Source: Leptolyngbyaceae cyanobacterium
GTDB lineage: Bacteria; Cyanobacteriota; Cyanobacteriia; Phormidesmidales; Phormidesmidaceae
Length of the DNA stretch: 64,000 nucleotides
Direction: 5' to 3'
NCBI GenBank assembly: GCA_965263355.1
Contig: CBDHHL010000056.1
Span: 2,304,001 to 2,368,000, forward strand
Numbering within the stretch: the first letter of the stretch is position 1; each line of letters begins with the position of its first letter. The translations under genes and the position numbers were made by a program. The notes beneath the pieces were generated by a model that made no database searches, was not told the DNA's origin, and was given only the letters and a program-made list of their open reading frames with translations. Positions 51,749 through 62,717 of this stretch are shown piece after piece.

Positions 51749-54370
51749 ATGTCACGGGATGCACTGATCGTCGGAATTAATAAATATCAGAAACTGCCTG
51801 AACTGACGGCAGCCGGAAAAGATGCAGAGGGCATAGCCAGCCTGCTCGAAACCCATGGCGACTTTCGCGTGCGCAGGTTACCTGAGATCATTCAAGATCA
51901 ACGCCCACAAATCGGCCAGCAAAGTTTTGTTTCCACTCAGCAACTAGAAAACAGCTTAGTCCGTCTGCTATTACCCAAAGGAGAGCACATCCCGGAGGTT
52001 GCCTTTTTTTATTTCTCAGGTCATGGCCTACAAAGAGAAATAGGCATACGAGAAGGATATTTAGCAACTAGCGATACCCAACCAGAGTCTTCTAACAGTG
52101 GATTATCACTCTCCTGGCTACGCCGTCTCATCAGACATAGTCCCGTCCGTCAAATTATTATTATTTTAGACTGTTGCCATAGTGGAGAGTTCCTTTGTCT
52201 AAAGGATGAAACATGGCAGGGGGCTGATGGACACAGCTACCTATTTATAGCAGCCTCTCGCGAGTATGAAGAAGCCTATGAATCACTCAACAGTGACTAC
52301 AGCGTACTTACCCAAGCAATCATCTCTGGATTGCTACCTCAAAATAAACACAGTGGTAGAGTTACAACCGCCGATCTAGTCGCTTCCATCACTAATCGAC
52401 TCAGCAATGAAATTCAACAGCCTTTATTTGAACAGGGCGGCAGTGAAATTGTTATTACCCGACAAGGAGAACACCCATTACCAAAGTCAGACAGTCTTTC
52501 TATAATCTCTCGTCTAAAGCAATATAGTTTTAATTTCTGCCCCTATCGAGGCCCTCATCCTTTTGAGGAAAAGCATACTGATTATTTCTTTGGTCGAGAG
52601 GAGTTGATTCAATCAATCCTAACGTCGTTACAGCAACACAATCTTTGTACCCTAATCGGCGCTTCAGGTAGCGGGAAGACATCTTTGCTGCGCGCTGGTA
52701 TTATCCCTCGTATCTCTGCAGGCCATGAAATTTCGGGCAGTGAGTATTGGCTAGTCCGCTATATGACTCCAGGTGCACAGCCCTTGAGAACACTAGCGTC
52801 AGTCTTTACCATTGCTAATCAAGCAGTCGACATTGCTAAACAGCTATGGCAAGCTGAGCAACTTCTACGACAAGATTGCTCTGCATTAGTCAACTTAGTG
52901 ACAGCAGCACTGCTTAAACAACCTGGAGCGACGAAATTTTGGCTAGTTATCGATCAATTTGAAGAACTCCTCGCGCCAACACCTGATCCTCATATTCAGC
53001 AGGACCGCAACTTGGTGATTGGGGCACTAGTTAAAGCACTGCATTGTCCCTCCATACCTCTAGGAATCATTATTAGTCTGCGAGCAGACGCCATCGACCA
53101 TCTCATAAACTATAACGATTTATTTTCCTTGGTAGAGAATCATCAGATCGTTATTCCCCCAATGAAGTATCAAGCTATTCGAGATGTGATTGAAAAACCG
53201 GCTGAAAAGCTAGGACTTAAACTAGACCCTTATCTGGTGCACAATTTAACGCTTGATCTGACCGGTGCCCCAGGTGAATTAGCCTTGCTACAGAGCACGT
53301 TATATGAGCTTTGGCAATATCGTACCCCAATGGCTCATAGCACAGGTACACCTTGTTTACTCTTGGATAGCTACATAAAACTAGGACGTCTGCCGCAAAT
53401 AATTACAAATAGAGCAACAGAATTGTATCAGTCACTGCCATCAGACGAACAAGCTGCTGCTAAACGAATATTTCTTTCGCTATGTGAGTTAGGAGAAGGT
53501 CATCTCGATAAATGTCGTCAAGCTCATAAATCTGAATTGATCAATCAGCAATTTCCCCGTGACCTGATTGAACGGACACTAAAGAAACTGGTTAAGGCTC
53601 GACTGATAGTCTTAGATAAACCACAATTAGCCTCACAAACCCAGGGAAAAAAAATAGCTGACGTAGCTTGGAAAACAAGTCATCACAAAAAAGCTAAACA
53701 TACCAGTGTAATGGCACAATTGCCAACAGCATTGATGGTATCCGAAGACACCGTTGAACTAGCCCATCAATCTCTAATATCGGATTGGTCCTTACTACGC
53801 CAGTGGCTACAAGCTAACCGTAAAACCCTGCGACACCAACGAGATATTGAAGCGCGTGCCTGGATTTGGCACCAGCGTGGAGAAACGCAATGTTCAGACT
53901 ATTTACTTGGACAACAATACTTGAAAGATGTGAGTCAGTTCTTGACACATGACTCACAAAAGCTATCAATTTTGGCCCAAAGATTTATGCGCCTGAGTCA
54001 ACGTACTGTTACCTACCAACGTTGGCGGGCCCGAGGGATAGCAGTCTTGTTCCCCTTAGCCATCATCACGGGAATGACTCTGTCCTTGGTACGTCAACAG
54101 CTGACTCCCACATGGCGTGTCAATATGGTGCCTACAACATGGGTCAAGGCTCAACTACCGACACGCTGGGGAATATTGGGAACCAAACATTTAGCAATCG
54201 CTTCTCAGATTTTGACCTTTAAGCGCCAGCATTCGCATATTCCACTCCAGGAGTTGTCTATTCACCAGTTAGTCGATCTAATGACGCCTGACGTTATGAT
54301 AGTTAACTCAGCGTCATTGCCGGATGGAGCTGGCTCTTGGGTGAATGATGGTGACGTCAGTAAACCATAA
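51749..54370 (+). CDS. caspase (peptidase C14) + STAND NTPase (nSTAND1-like) + TM protein
   Basis: ALIVGIN, FSGHG and LDCCHSG dyad; CPYRG, FFGRE, GASGSGKTS, IDQFEE; C-terminal TM. Confidence 0.88.
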   Translation: MSRDALIVGINKYQKLPELTAAGKDAEGIASLLETHGDFRVRRLPEIIQDQRPQIGQQSFVSTQQLENSLVRLLLPKGEHIPEVAFFYFSGHGLQREIGIREGYLATSDTQPESSNSGLSLSWLRRLIRHSPVRQIIIILDCCHSGEFLCLKDETWQGADGHSYLFIAASREYEEAYESLNSDYSVLTQAIISGLLPQNKHSGRVTTADLVASITNRLSNEIQQPLFEQGGSEIVITRQGEHPLPKSDSLSIISRLKQYSFNFCPYRGPHPFEEKHTDYFFGREELIQSILTSLQQHNLCTLIGASGSGKTSLLRAGIIPRISAGHEISGSEYWLVRYMTPGAQPLRTLASVFTIANQAVDIAKQLWQAEQLLRQDCSALVNLVTAALLKQPGATKFWLVIDQFEELLAPTPDPHIQQDRNLVIGALVKALHCPSIPLGIIISLRADAIDHLINYNDLFSLVENHQIVIPPMKYQAIRDVIEKPAEKLGLKLDPYLVHNLTLDLTGAPGELALLQSTLYELWQYRTPMAHSTGTPCLLLDSYIKLGRLPQIITNRATELYQSLPSDEQAAAKRIFLSLCELGEGHLDKCRQAHKSELINQQFPRDLIERTLKKLVKARLIVLDKPQLASQTQGKKIADVAWKTSHHKKAKHTSVMAQLPTALMVSEDTVELAHQSLISDWSLLRQWLQANRKTLRHQRDIEARAWIWHQRGETQCSDYLLGQQYLKDVSQFLTHDSQKLSILAQRFMRLSQRTVTYQRWRARGIAVLFPLAIITGMTLSLVRQQLTPTWRVNMVPTTWVKAQLPTRWGILGTKHLAIASQILTFKRQHSHIPLQELSIHQLVDLMTPDVMIVNSASLPDGAGSWVNDGDVSKP

Positions 54371-54584
54371 GGCCTGTATTTGGGAGGTCTCACCAACCTG
54401 CGACAATCAAGGTCAACCGACGATAGATTCGCTCGACATAGACAACAGGAAAGATGCATGATGAGGCTAAAATCAGACTAATGATTAGACGTTATGTGGA
54501 CTATTGGCTACTAGCTGCATTGTCCTTTATGCTGGGAGCCGTTGTCATTCCCAGTATTTAATTGCCCATAGGGCAGCATTTTTT

Positions 54585-55217
54585 ATGGTTAGCATTCTCA
54601 CAAAATGGCAGTTAAAGCAGCTGTTACAGCCAATGCTTTTCAGCTTGCTAATCGGGTGCCTATGGTGTCTAGGGCCTGCTATGGCTACGGCTGAAACAGC
54701 CCAAGCGACATTTGCAGGGGGTTGTTTTTGGTGTATGGAACATCCCTTTGATGCTTTACAGGGAGTCACAAATACAACTTCAGGCTATATGGGAGGCACT
54801 GTCATCGCCCCTAGCTACCGCCAAGTATCATCAGGCAACACAGGCCACGCGGAAGTAATGCAAGTTGAGTATGACCCTAATCTCGTTAGCTATGAGACAC
54901 TTTTAGAGACATTTTGGCGTAATGTAGACCCCCTTGATGCCCACGGACAGTTTTGCGATCGCGGCAGTCAATATCGGTCTACTATCTTTTATCACGACGA
55001 TACTCAGCGCCAGCTGGCCGAAGCCTCAAAGCAGACTGTTGGTCATCTGTTTGAGCAACCTGTCGTAACAGAAATTCTGGCAGCATCAGCCTTTTATCCA
55101 GCTGAAGATTATCACCAGAACTATTATCAGACCCATCCAGCCCGCTATCGGTTCTATCGATTTAGCTGTGGTCGTGACCAGCGTCTAGCAGAACTTTGGG
55201 ATAACTCGCTTGAGTAA
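54585..55217 (+). CDS. msrA: peptide-methionine (S)-S-oxide reductase, exported
   Basis: GGCFWC, TGHAE, QYRS, AEDYHQ; signal peptide. Confidence 0.93.
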   Translation: MVSILTKWQLKQLLQPMLFSLLIGCLWCLGPAMATAETAQATFAGGCFWCMEHPFDALQGVTNTTSGYMGGTVIAPSYRQVSSGNTGHAEVMQVEYDPNLVSYETLLETFWRNVDPLDAHGQFCDRGSQYRSTIFYHDDTQRQLAEASKQTVGHLFEQPVVTEILAASAFYPAEDYHQNYYQTHPARYRFYRFSCGRDQRLAELWDNSLE

Positions 55218-55376
55218 ACGCCCTGGTATTAGTGGCGTATAAACCATGTCAACCTCTAGAAAGATCGTTTTTCTGTAGACGAATCTCCAGGTTTCAATGT
55301 GGACATGGTTTATCCATCCGCTCAAGGGATAAAAAACTGACTAAAGTATAAGGATGTAATCCAACAAGAATTACCC

Positions 55377-56024
55377 ATGACTGCTGTACAGCTTTCTGCA
55401 CGCGATATGATGCGTGCTGCTTATGAAAACCGCTACACCTGGGATAGCAACTTCCCTGGCTACACTACAGATATCGAGTTTAAGCATGGTGAGCAGACCT
55501 ATGTTGGTAAGGCTCGTGTTAATCCCGATCTCTCGGCTGAAGTTTTTGATATAGAGGACGAAGCAGCACTAAAAATAGTTAAGGGGCAACTATGGGAGGT
55601 TGCTATCCATCGAATTCGCCGTGAATTTGAAGATACCCATGGTAAAAATACCTTTGCCCTAGGTGAAACTGATGAGCGAGGGGCTGTAGAAATTCTAGTT
55701 GAGGGTAAATCTACCGGCGACAAATATAAGGTGTTGAACAACGAGGTTGTTCTAGTGCATCGTCACATTCATGGGGTAGTGGTCACTATCAATACTTTTA
55801 GCACCCATGATACGGGCACAGGCTATTTATCCCATACCTATGATTCGGTATATCACGATCCGAAAACAGGGGAACAGGCCAAAGGTCGCAGCGAGTTTAC
55901 CGATGAATACGACCAGGTAGGAAGCTATTTTGTGTTGAGTCGGCGTGCGATCGCATCTGCCGATGACGGCAATATGGAATTCATATTCTCCAATCTTCAA
56001 CTGCTAGACGCCGATGCAGCGTAA
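55377..56024 (+). CDS. DUF3386 family protein
   Basis: RAAYENRYTWD motif. Confidence 0.8.
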   Translation: MTAVQLSARDMMRAAYENRYTWDSNFPGYTTDIEFKHGEQTYVGKARVNPDLSAEVFDIEDEAALKIVKGQLWEVAIHRIRREFEDTHGKNTFALGETDERGAVEILVEGKSTGDKYKVLNNEVVLVHRHIHGVVVTINTFSTHDTGTGYLSHTYDSVYHDPKTGEQAKGRSEFTDEYDQVGSYFVLSRRAIASADDGNMEFIFSNLQLLDADAA

Positions 56025-56097
56025 GTTAAAATCCGACCCGCCTGCGGTTGATCGCCTTGAATTTTACCTGAACTAGCACCCAACAGTGTCCACTCTG

Positions 56098-56592
56098 CTA
56101 TCGGAGTGGACACTGTTGGCGTAGGGTCTCTGTCACCGCTCCCACATTCGCTTCGGAATCTAATTGCAGCTTGCGCACATCAGCCTTTAGTTGCGCGTTG
56201 GGTGTAGGGTTAGCAGAAATTAACTCTGCCGCCTGATAACGATAGTCCGAGGCTTGCTGATAGACTTCAACCAACTGGAACTGAACCGTTTGTAGCTGGC
56301 GATTGGTCAACCGCAGGCTGTCCAACACTTGGGAAATATCATAGTAAATGCGGCCCACCTGACGCTCAATTCCCTGATTGTAGCCAGAGCCACCAAGGTT
56401 ACCCTCATTTATCTCTTGAATACGTAAGCTTCCTTCAGCTAGCGCCCCATTAATCAACGCACAGTCTTCCCGAGGCGTGCATCCAGTTAGAACCAAACCG
56501 GCTACAGCACTCCACGCGAAAACCTGACGAGCGAAAACCTGATGAATTAAACGGTGGAAACGGTCAAAGTTGAACATATAAAATTTAGACAT
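56098..56592 (-). CDS. hypothetical lipoprotein
   Basis: lipobox LTGC. Confidence 0.6.
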   Translation of the reverse strand: MSKFYMFNFDRFHRLIHQVFARQVFAWSAVAGLVLTGCTPREDCALINGALAEGSLRIQEINEGNLGGSGYNQGIERQVGRIYYDISQVLDSLRLTNRQLQTVQFQLVEVYQQASDYRYQAAELISANPTPNAQLKADVRKLQLDSEANVGAVTETLRQQCPLR

Positions 56593-56703
56593 ACACTGAC
56601 TTTGCTGCAGCTAAGGCCTATCTAGTCTAAAACACCGCTCTATCTTAAGGACGGTGTAACTTAAACTCCGCTCGCTGAGCGTTATCACTTCTTAGTTTTA
56701 CAG

Positions 56704-57624
56704 ATGATTCCGGTTAATCCAGGACAGCTGCCATCCAAACATACTGATATCGAGGGACGTAAGTTGAATATTGGTTTTCTAGGTACAGGGCTAATGGGGG
56801 CACCCATGGCACGTCGGTTACAAATGGCCGGATATCAGGTATATGGCTGGAACCGTACGGCTCAAAAAGTCGAATCACTGCTAGCAGATGGGATAAAATC
56901 TAGTAACACACCGGCTGATGCGATCGCAGCATCTCGACTAATTATCTTAATGCTGACCGATGCCACCGCTATTCACACAACTCTGCTCAGTCCAGATGCT
57001 ACGGCTCAGCTAGCAGGCCGCACTGTTTTACAGATGGGCACCATTGCGCCCCAGGAAAGCAAAGCCATTGCCCAGTTAGTACAAACTGCCGGGGGTGACT
57101 ATTTCGAAGCACCTGTGCTAGGCAGTATTCCCGAAGCTAGCGCGGGGAAACTCATTGTGATGGTGGGGGCATCGCCAGACCAGTTTGAGCAATGGCAACC
57201 TGTTTTGACATGCTTTGGACCAGAGCCTCAGTTAATGGGAGCAGTGGGCGCAGGTAGCGGAGTCAAACTGGCCATGAATCAGCTGATTGGGACGTTGACC
57301 ACCGCCTTTGCCATGAGCTTAGGTTTAGTACAGCAAGAAGCGATCGACATTGAGAAATTTATGGCAATTGTGCGCCAAAGTGCCCTATATGCACCGACGT
57401 TTGATAAGAAGCTCCGGCGTATGTGCGATAGTAACTTTGCCAATCCCAATTTTCCCACTAAGCACCTACTTAAAGATATGAATCTATTTGTGCAGGCGGC
57501 TGAAACCTTTAACGCCGACGTTGCTGAAACTGTTGCTCAAATGGTTCAAAAAGCCGCAGAGCAAGGGTTAGCAGACCAAGATTATTCAGCAGTGTTTGCA
57601 GCCGTTAATTCGCCCTTACCCTAA
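56704..57624 (+). CDS. beta-hydroxyacid dehydrogenase family oxidoreductase
   Basis: GFLGTGLMG, EAPVLGS, KLAMN; start may be TTG at 56764. Confidence 0.9.
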   Translation: MIPVNPGQLPSKHTDIEGRKLNIGFLGTGLMGAPMARRLQMAGYQVYGWNRTAQKVESLLADGIKSSNTPADAIAASRLIILMLTDATAIHTTLLSPDATAQLAGRTVLQMGTIAPQESKAIAQLVQTAGGDYFEAPVLGSIPEASAGKLIVMVGASPDQFEQWQPVLTCFGPEPQLMGAVGAGSGVKLAMNQLIGTLTTAFAMSLGLVQQEAIDIEKFMAIVRQSALYAPTFDKKLRRMCDSNFANPNFPTKHLLKDMNLFVQAAETFNADVAETVAQMVQKAAEQGLADQDYSAVFAAVNSPLP

Positions 57625-57719
57625 GTCCTTCTCCCCTAGGGGAGGAGGACTTGGAAGCTAGCTCTCCTCGTCTACCCCAGAGAAAAGAGGATAATTAGGA
57701 GCTATTAGTCTTTGCCCAT

Positions 57720-58499
57720 TTACGCCGTCAAAGCCTTCGCCTTGACTGGCTCTGACAGAGCCCCAAAGCGACGATCACGGTTTTGGAACGCTAACAGCGC
57801 TTGATGAAACTGATGCCGATCAAACTGTGGCCAAAACACATTGGTAAAGTACATTTCAGCATAAGCCAGTTGCCACAGTAAAAAGTTGCTTAACCGCTGC
57901 TCACCACTAGTGCGAATCAGCAGGTCTGGATCACTGCTACCAGCTGTATACAGATGGCGTTCTAATAGCTCTTCAGTAATGGCATCAGCGGAAAGCTCGC
58001 GGCGTTCTACTCGCTCAGCCACAGAGCGACAGGCCTGGGTAATTTCATGACGGCTGCCATAGTTAATGGCCACATTAAACTCCACAGCATCATTGTGCTG
58101 CGTTTGCTCCATGGAACGTTCCATTTCACGGCGGAGTGATGTGTGTAAGCCAGCCAGATCGCCAATAAAACGAATACGCACACCTTCTCGATGCATTTCT
58201 GCTAATTCTTTGCGCAGCAACCGCTCAAATAAAACCATCAGAAAATCAACTTCCTCATGGGGACGTCGCCAGTTTTCGGTCGAAAAGGCATAGGCAGTTA
58301 ACGCCCCAATGCCCCAGTCTTTGCAACAGCGGAGCAAATCCTTGAGTACGGTAGCCCCACGACGATGGCCTTCGATCCGGGGTAGACCTTGTTGGCTCTG
58401 AGCCCAGCGACCATTGCCATCCATAATCACAGCAACATGGTTAGGTAGCCCACGGGGATCAAGATCGGACGGTAGAGTTTGCAGAGTTTGGGTCGTCAT
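57720..58499 (-). CDS. uppS: cis-prenyltransferase (undecaprenyl diphosphate synthase)
   Basis: [36 protein letters not shown]. Confidence 0.93.
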   Translation of the reverse strand: MTTQTLQTLPSDLDPRGLPNHVAVIMDGNGRWAQSQQGLPRIEGHRRGATVLKDLLRCCKDWGIGALTAYAFSTENWRRPHEEVDFLMVLFERLLRKELAEMHREGVRIRFIGDLAGLHTSLRREMERSMEQTQHNDAVEFNVAINYGSRHEITQACRSVAERVERRELSADAITEELLERHLYTAGSSDPDLLIRTSGEQRLSNFLLWQLAYAEMYFTNVFWPQFDRHQFHQALLAFQNRDRRFGALSEPVKAKALTA

Positions 58500-58934
58500 A
58501 ATAAAAAATACGTATTGCTCCAAATATGTATTAAACGTGAATGGCCTGTCTGTGCTGTCACGCAACCGATATAGTCAATCAACAAAAAATTAAAATACTA
58601 ACGCTTACAGAACCATTGGCCTTAGGATAACCATCAGCACAATGCTTCTGGATTAAGCGCCATAGCATGATTCAAGGATGCCCTACCACCACTGAATTTT
58701 AGACGTTTCAATAGTCCGCAAACATTAGACTACAGAAGATACATCAAAATCCTTTGATTACAAGACAGGTCAGACCAGTGTACCCCCTTGCTTGGTTACA
58801 CCCTATAGGGTTCTTTGTCTGAGATTGTAGGTAAGGGTACGAATTTAAAGGTCTGGAAAAGTCGGAATATCCTATGCGCAATGCTCTGAAAGATAGCGGT
58901 AGTCTATCAGTGGAAAAACCATTGACCATGGCCG

Positions 58935-61355
58935 ATGGGTGTGGATAGTGCGATCGAATTTACTGACTCTTTGCTCTATGAAAAAACGGGGCAGCATCTC
59001 AGTGATCTGCAATGCTGTATTCTGCAGCAGGTGTGGGGAGGTAAAACCTATCGTGCGATCGCAACCATCGCTGGCTACAGCGAAGGGCATGTTAAAGATG
59101 TTGCCTCCCAGCTATGGCGAATACTCTCCGATATTCTAGGGGAACGCATTACCAAAGGTAATTATCGTTCACGCTTGGTGTACTGGTTAAAGCGGGCGAA
59201 ACGGAAAATGGTCCACGTCGCCGAAGAAGCATGGCCCCGAGCAAATACAGCCAACCTATTAACCCGAAGCACCCTGCATAAGGTTGAACCCCAGCCTATC
59301 AACCCTCATTTTATTGGCCGTGCTAACGCTATTGAGGCCCTCACCAACCTCAGCGCCCAGGGGCATAAAATCATCTTGATTCAAGGCGAAGGAGGATTAG
59401 GCAAAACTACCCTGGCCCAACATTATTTACGCCAAACCACATTCGATGTCGTTTTAGAATGGCATATTGCCCAGGAAACCTCAAGCTTGACCGTCGTTGA
59501 CCACATTCTCGACGAATGGTTACGTCAAGATTTTAATGACGAACCAGGCCAGGATTTGAGCATTAGCCTCAGCCGATTGAAACGTCATCTTAAACAACAA
59601 CGAGTTGGCATTCTGATTGACAATCTTGAACCCGCCCTCGACGGCAATGGTCAGTTTGTCCCTGAAGCTTTCTGTTATATAGAACTACTCAAGCTCTTAG
59701 CGGATTTTTCAATTCAGACAACAACATTAATCACCAGTCGCGATCGCCTCTGCGAACCTGGCATCAAAACCTATCACTATCGATTAACTCGACTCACTCA
59801 AACAGATTGGAAACAGTGCTTTACCTATTATCAGCTGCGCTTACCAAGGACAGATGAGATTCTGCACCATTTACACCGCGCTTATGGTGGCAATGCCAAG
59901 GCAATGGAGATTTTATGTAGCACAGTTCAAACAGATTTCAATGGTGATCTAAAGGCTTATTGGCAAGCCTATGGCGCAGATCCATTAGCAGAAATTGATC
60001 TTAAGAATCTAGTCATTAGCCAGATCAATCGCTTGCAATGCCTGGATCCAATTGCGTATCAGCTCCTCTGTCGCCTCAGCTGTTATCGCTACCAAACTAT
60101 TGCCTCCCTCTCATTACCAGCCATTCTCGCCCAATGCAATAGTCCCGATAGTCAGCGAGCCATTGCCTCCCTCCGGAATCGCTCACTGCTTGAGTTGGAA
60201 AACAGACAGTACTGGCTCCATCCAGTAATTAGAGCTGTAGCTATTGAACGACTGCGACAGAGTGACCTTTGGTACGCAGCGAATCGAGTCGCAGCTCACT
60301 ACTGGACTAATAGTATAGAACTTTTAACAGAACTATTAGATGCACAAAAAGCATTGGAAGCCTACTACCACTATGTTGCAATCGATGAATATCAGGCAGC
60401 TGCCCAAGTGTTGCTAAAAAGTCGTCACAACCAATGGCAACAGTTTTTACCGCTGGCCAGCAGCTTGTATCGCATGGGTTTATTGCAACCAGTGAGCACC
60501 TTAATTTTAGAGGTATTATCCCATTTAGAGTCGGTGTCTGCCCCCTCCTCTCAAGTAAGTGAACTTCGTAATATCCTCGGTGATATTTATTGGATCACAG
60601 GAGACATTAATCAAGCCATTCAATGTCAAGAGAATGCAATCTCAAACACACAACAACATTTAGCAACTCTCGACAAAATTGACCGACTGAATCACTATTA
60701 TCTGCAAATGCTCAATATCGATTCACGCTTAAGTCTGGGTCTGTATGCGATGGATCTATGGGAGTTAGAACGGGCTGAAACAGCTTTTAAGACCGTGATT
60801 TCTCTTGGTCAGGGCACACCCCATCAAGCCTGGGCAGACAAAGCAACCGTTGCGTTAGCGTTAACCTACGCGTTTCAAGATAAACCCAAACGTGCCTCAA
60901 TGTTGGCAACTGACTGCCTTCACAAATTTACCGAGCCCAGCCAACAATCTGGAAGACTGGCCTACTTTATTCAACTCTTAGGACAAACCTACGGTCAGCT
61001 AGGCAAATGGGCGCAAGCTAACACACTATATCAACAAGCCCTCAATTTTGCTGAAGCAGGGCATTACTTACAGGTAAAAGCCAAGGCTCTCAATGGTTTA
61101 GCTACTATTGCCCGCAATTATCAACAGATGGAGCAAGCCTTAGACTATCACTATCAAGCGATTGAACTATTCACTGACATTGGGGCAAAGTGCGATTTGG
61201 CCAATGCCTATGTTGAAATAGGCCATACCCATGTGAGTCTGAAGCAAACAGACATTGCTCACCATAATTGGCAACGAGCATTAGCACTCTATGCCGACAT
61301 TCACGCCCATAAACAAGTCGGCAAAATCACTGACCTACTCAGCCTGATTGAATAG
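58935..61355 (+). CDS. HTH + NB-ARC-like STAND NTPase + TPR protein
   Basis: N-terminal HTH (KTYRAIATIAGYSEGHVKD), GEGGLGKT, ILIDNLE, C-terminal TPRs. Confidence 0.85.
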   Translation: MGVDSAIEFTDSLLYEKTGQHLSDLQCCILQQVWGGKTYRAIATIAGYSEGHVKDVASQLWRILSDILGERITKGNYRSRLVYWLKRAKRKMVHVAEEAWPRANTANLLTRSTLHKVEPQPINPHFIGRANAIEALTNLSAQGHKIILIQGEGGLGKTTLAQHYLRQTTFDVVLEWHIAQETSSLTVVDHILDEWLRQDFNDEPGQDLSISLSRLKRHLKQQRVGILIDNLEPALDGNGQFVPEAFCYIELLKLLADFSIQTTTLITSRDRLCEPGIKTYHYRLTRLTQTDWKQCFTYYQLRLPRTDEILHHLHRAYGGNAKAMEILCSTVQTDFNGDLKAYWQAYGADPLAEIDLKNLVISQINRLQCLDPIAYQLLCRLSCYRYQTIASLSLPAILAQCNSPDSQRAIASLRNRSLLELENRQYWLHPVIRAVAIERLRQSDLWYAANRVAAHYWTNSIELLTELLDAQKALEAYYHYVAIDEYQAAAQVLLKSRHNQWQQFLPLASSLYRMGLLQPVSTLILEVLSHLESVSAPSSQVSELRNILGDIYWITGDINQAIQCQENAISNTQQHLATLDKIDRLNHYYLQMLNIDSRLSLGLYAMDLWELERAETAFKTVISLGQGTPHQAWADKATVALALTYAFQDKPKRASMLATDCLHKFTEPSQQSGRLAYFIQLLGQTYGQLGKWAQANTLYQQALNFAEAGHYLQVKAKALNGLATIARNYQQMEQALDYHYQAIELFTDIGAKCDLANAYVEIGHTHVSLKQTDIAHHNWQRALALYADIHAHKQVGKITDLLSLIE

Positions 61356-61807
61356 CGTTGTAGGTAATAGGCAGCCAACAGAAAACATACAAAATCTAAA
61401 TTCATTACCCCCGATTAAACAGCCATCAGCCCGTAGGGGCAATTCCTTGTGGTTGGCTGGCAATACTGGGGGCTATCAGCCAAGATTTCGTATGAATATC
61501 TTAGAAAACCGCTCTAGCTTCAGGCGAGAGATATGGAAAATCGCGGTAAGTCTGGTGTAAAAACTGCTCGTCAAACGGTTTCATACGTAGAACACACTGA
61601 CTACTGATTTCTTCATCAGTGATTTATCCAATTACTAGAGATACTGACTATTCTATAAATGTGCAAGCTAAGCACGTCAGCAATCTTCCCCGAGACAGAA
61701 GGTAGCTGCCAGTATGATCGGTCTCTTTGATTCTGAAAGCCAATGATTAGACTGTGCGATGCAAATCGGCAGTCTATTTTTTTTGCGTATTCTTTTGTTT
61801 TTTATCT

Positions 61808-62446
61808 TTAATAACTCTTTAACACCTGACCAGACTCTCGCACTACCTTCGCGACTAGTGCATAGGCACCATGATCTCTAAACAACCATTGATGAAAAGC
61901 TCTAAGAGAATGTATCTTACTCGCAGTTTCCAGCAGTGCGTTCAAACTCTTTTCTTCTTTTTGCTGTCGTGCTTCTAATAAGGCTTTATCTATGCCTTCA
62001 TCGCTAACAGTCTGAAAAGAGAGCTGGCAATCTAGCGGCAACCCTTCTAAACGGTAGATCCAGTCAAAAATGGCTTTTGTTCTAGCCATATGAAATTCAG
62101 AGGTAATGACGAGGAGTCGCTTCAGGTTCAATGGTTCAACATGAATCATGCGAGAGAAATACACATTACCAATGGTGTCGTAAGAACTGGTTTCAACAAG
62201 GATTTTCTCTGGAGGCACTCCCTGTTGGCACAGATATCGTGCTGCAGCAACAGACTCAAAAATTGGATAGCCGTCTGCATCTAACGGTGGCGGCTTATGG
62301 GTAGTGCCAGCGCTTAGGGCAATAATGTAAGCATTTTGTCTTTGCTCAATTGCTCGATTTAACCTGCGTTGAGTCCATAGAGGCAAAACTTCGTTAGAAC
62401 GAACTCCTCCTCCTGGGACAAGAATTGCATCACATACCTTATTCAT
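61808..62446 (-). CDS. YdcF/DUF218 family protein
   Basis: AILVPGGG, ETSSYDTIGN, VITSEFHMAR. Confidence 0.85.
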   Translation of the reverse strand: MNKVCDAILVPGGGVRSNEVLPLWTQRRLNRAIEQRQNAYIIALSAGTTHKPPPLDADGYPIFESVAAARYLCQQGVPPEKILVETSSYDTIGNVYFSRMIHVEPLNLKRLLVITSEFHMARTKAIFDWIYRLEGLPLDCQLSFQTVSDEGIDKALLEARQQKEEKSLNALLETASKIHSLRAFHQWLFRDHGAYALVAKVVRESGQVLKSY

Positions 62447-62717
62447 CTAAACAATTGAAGAAATTCACAGACAACTGGTTTAAATAATCAATTAGAAGAA
62501 TCCTGTCTAGACATTCTCCTACATATCGTGAATAGTCTTTATATTCTTCAAAAGTCACTTCACGAGCAGCATAAGTTTCAGAACTTAGATGGGATATCCC
62601 ATTAGAATTAGGTATATCAAATTCAAACAGATTCCTAATTAGGCCTTCATCTAAGTTTTCCTGACATAAGCCTGAGATAAGACATATTTTTCAGGTAACC
62701 AATAATACTGATCGAGC

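Noticed and set aside
57625..57690. Short hairpins between convergent genes
   Set aside because: Probably ordinary terminator or dispersed repeat sequence
378..59750. Frequent GCGATCGC octamers
   Set aside because: This is HIP1, a well-known genome-wide cyanobacterial feature
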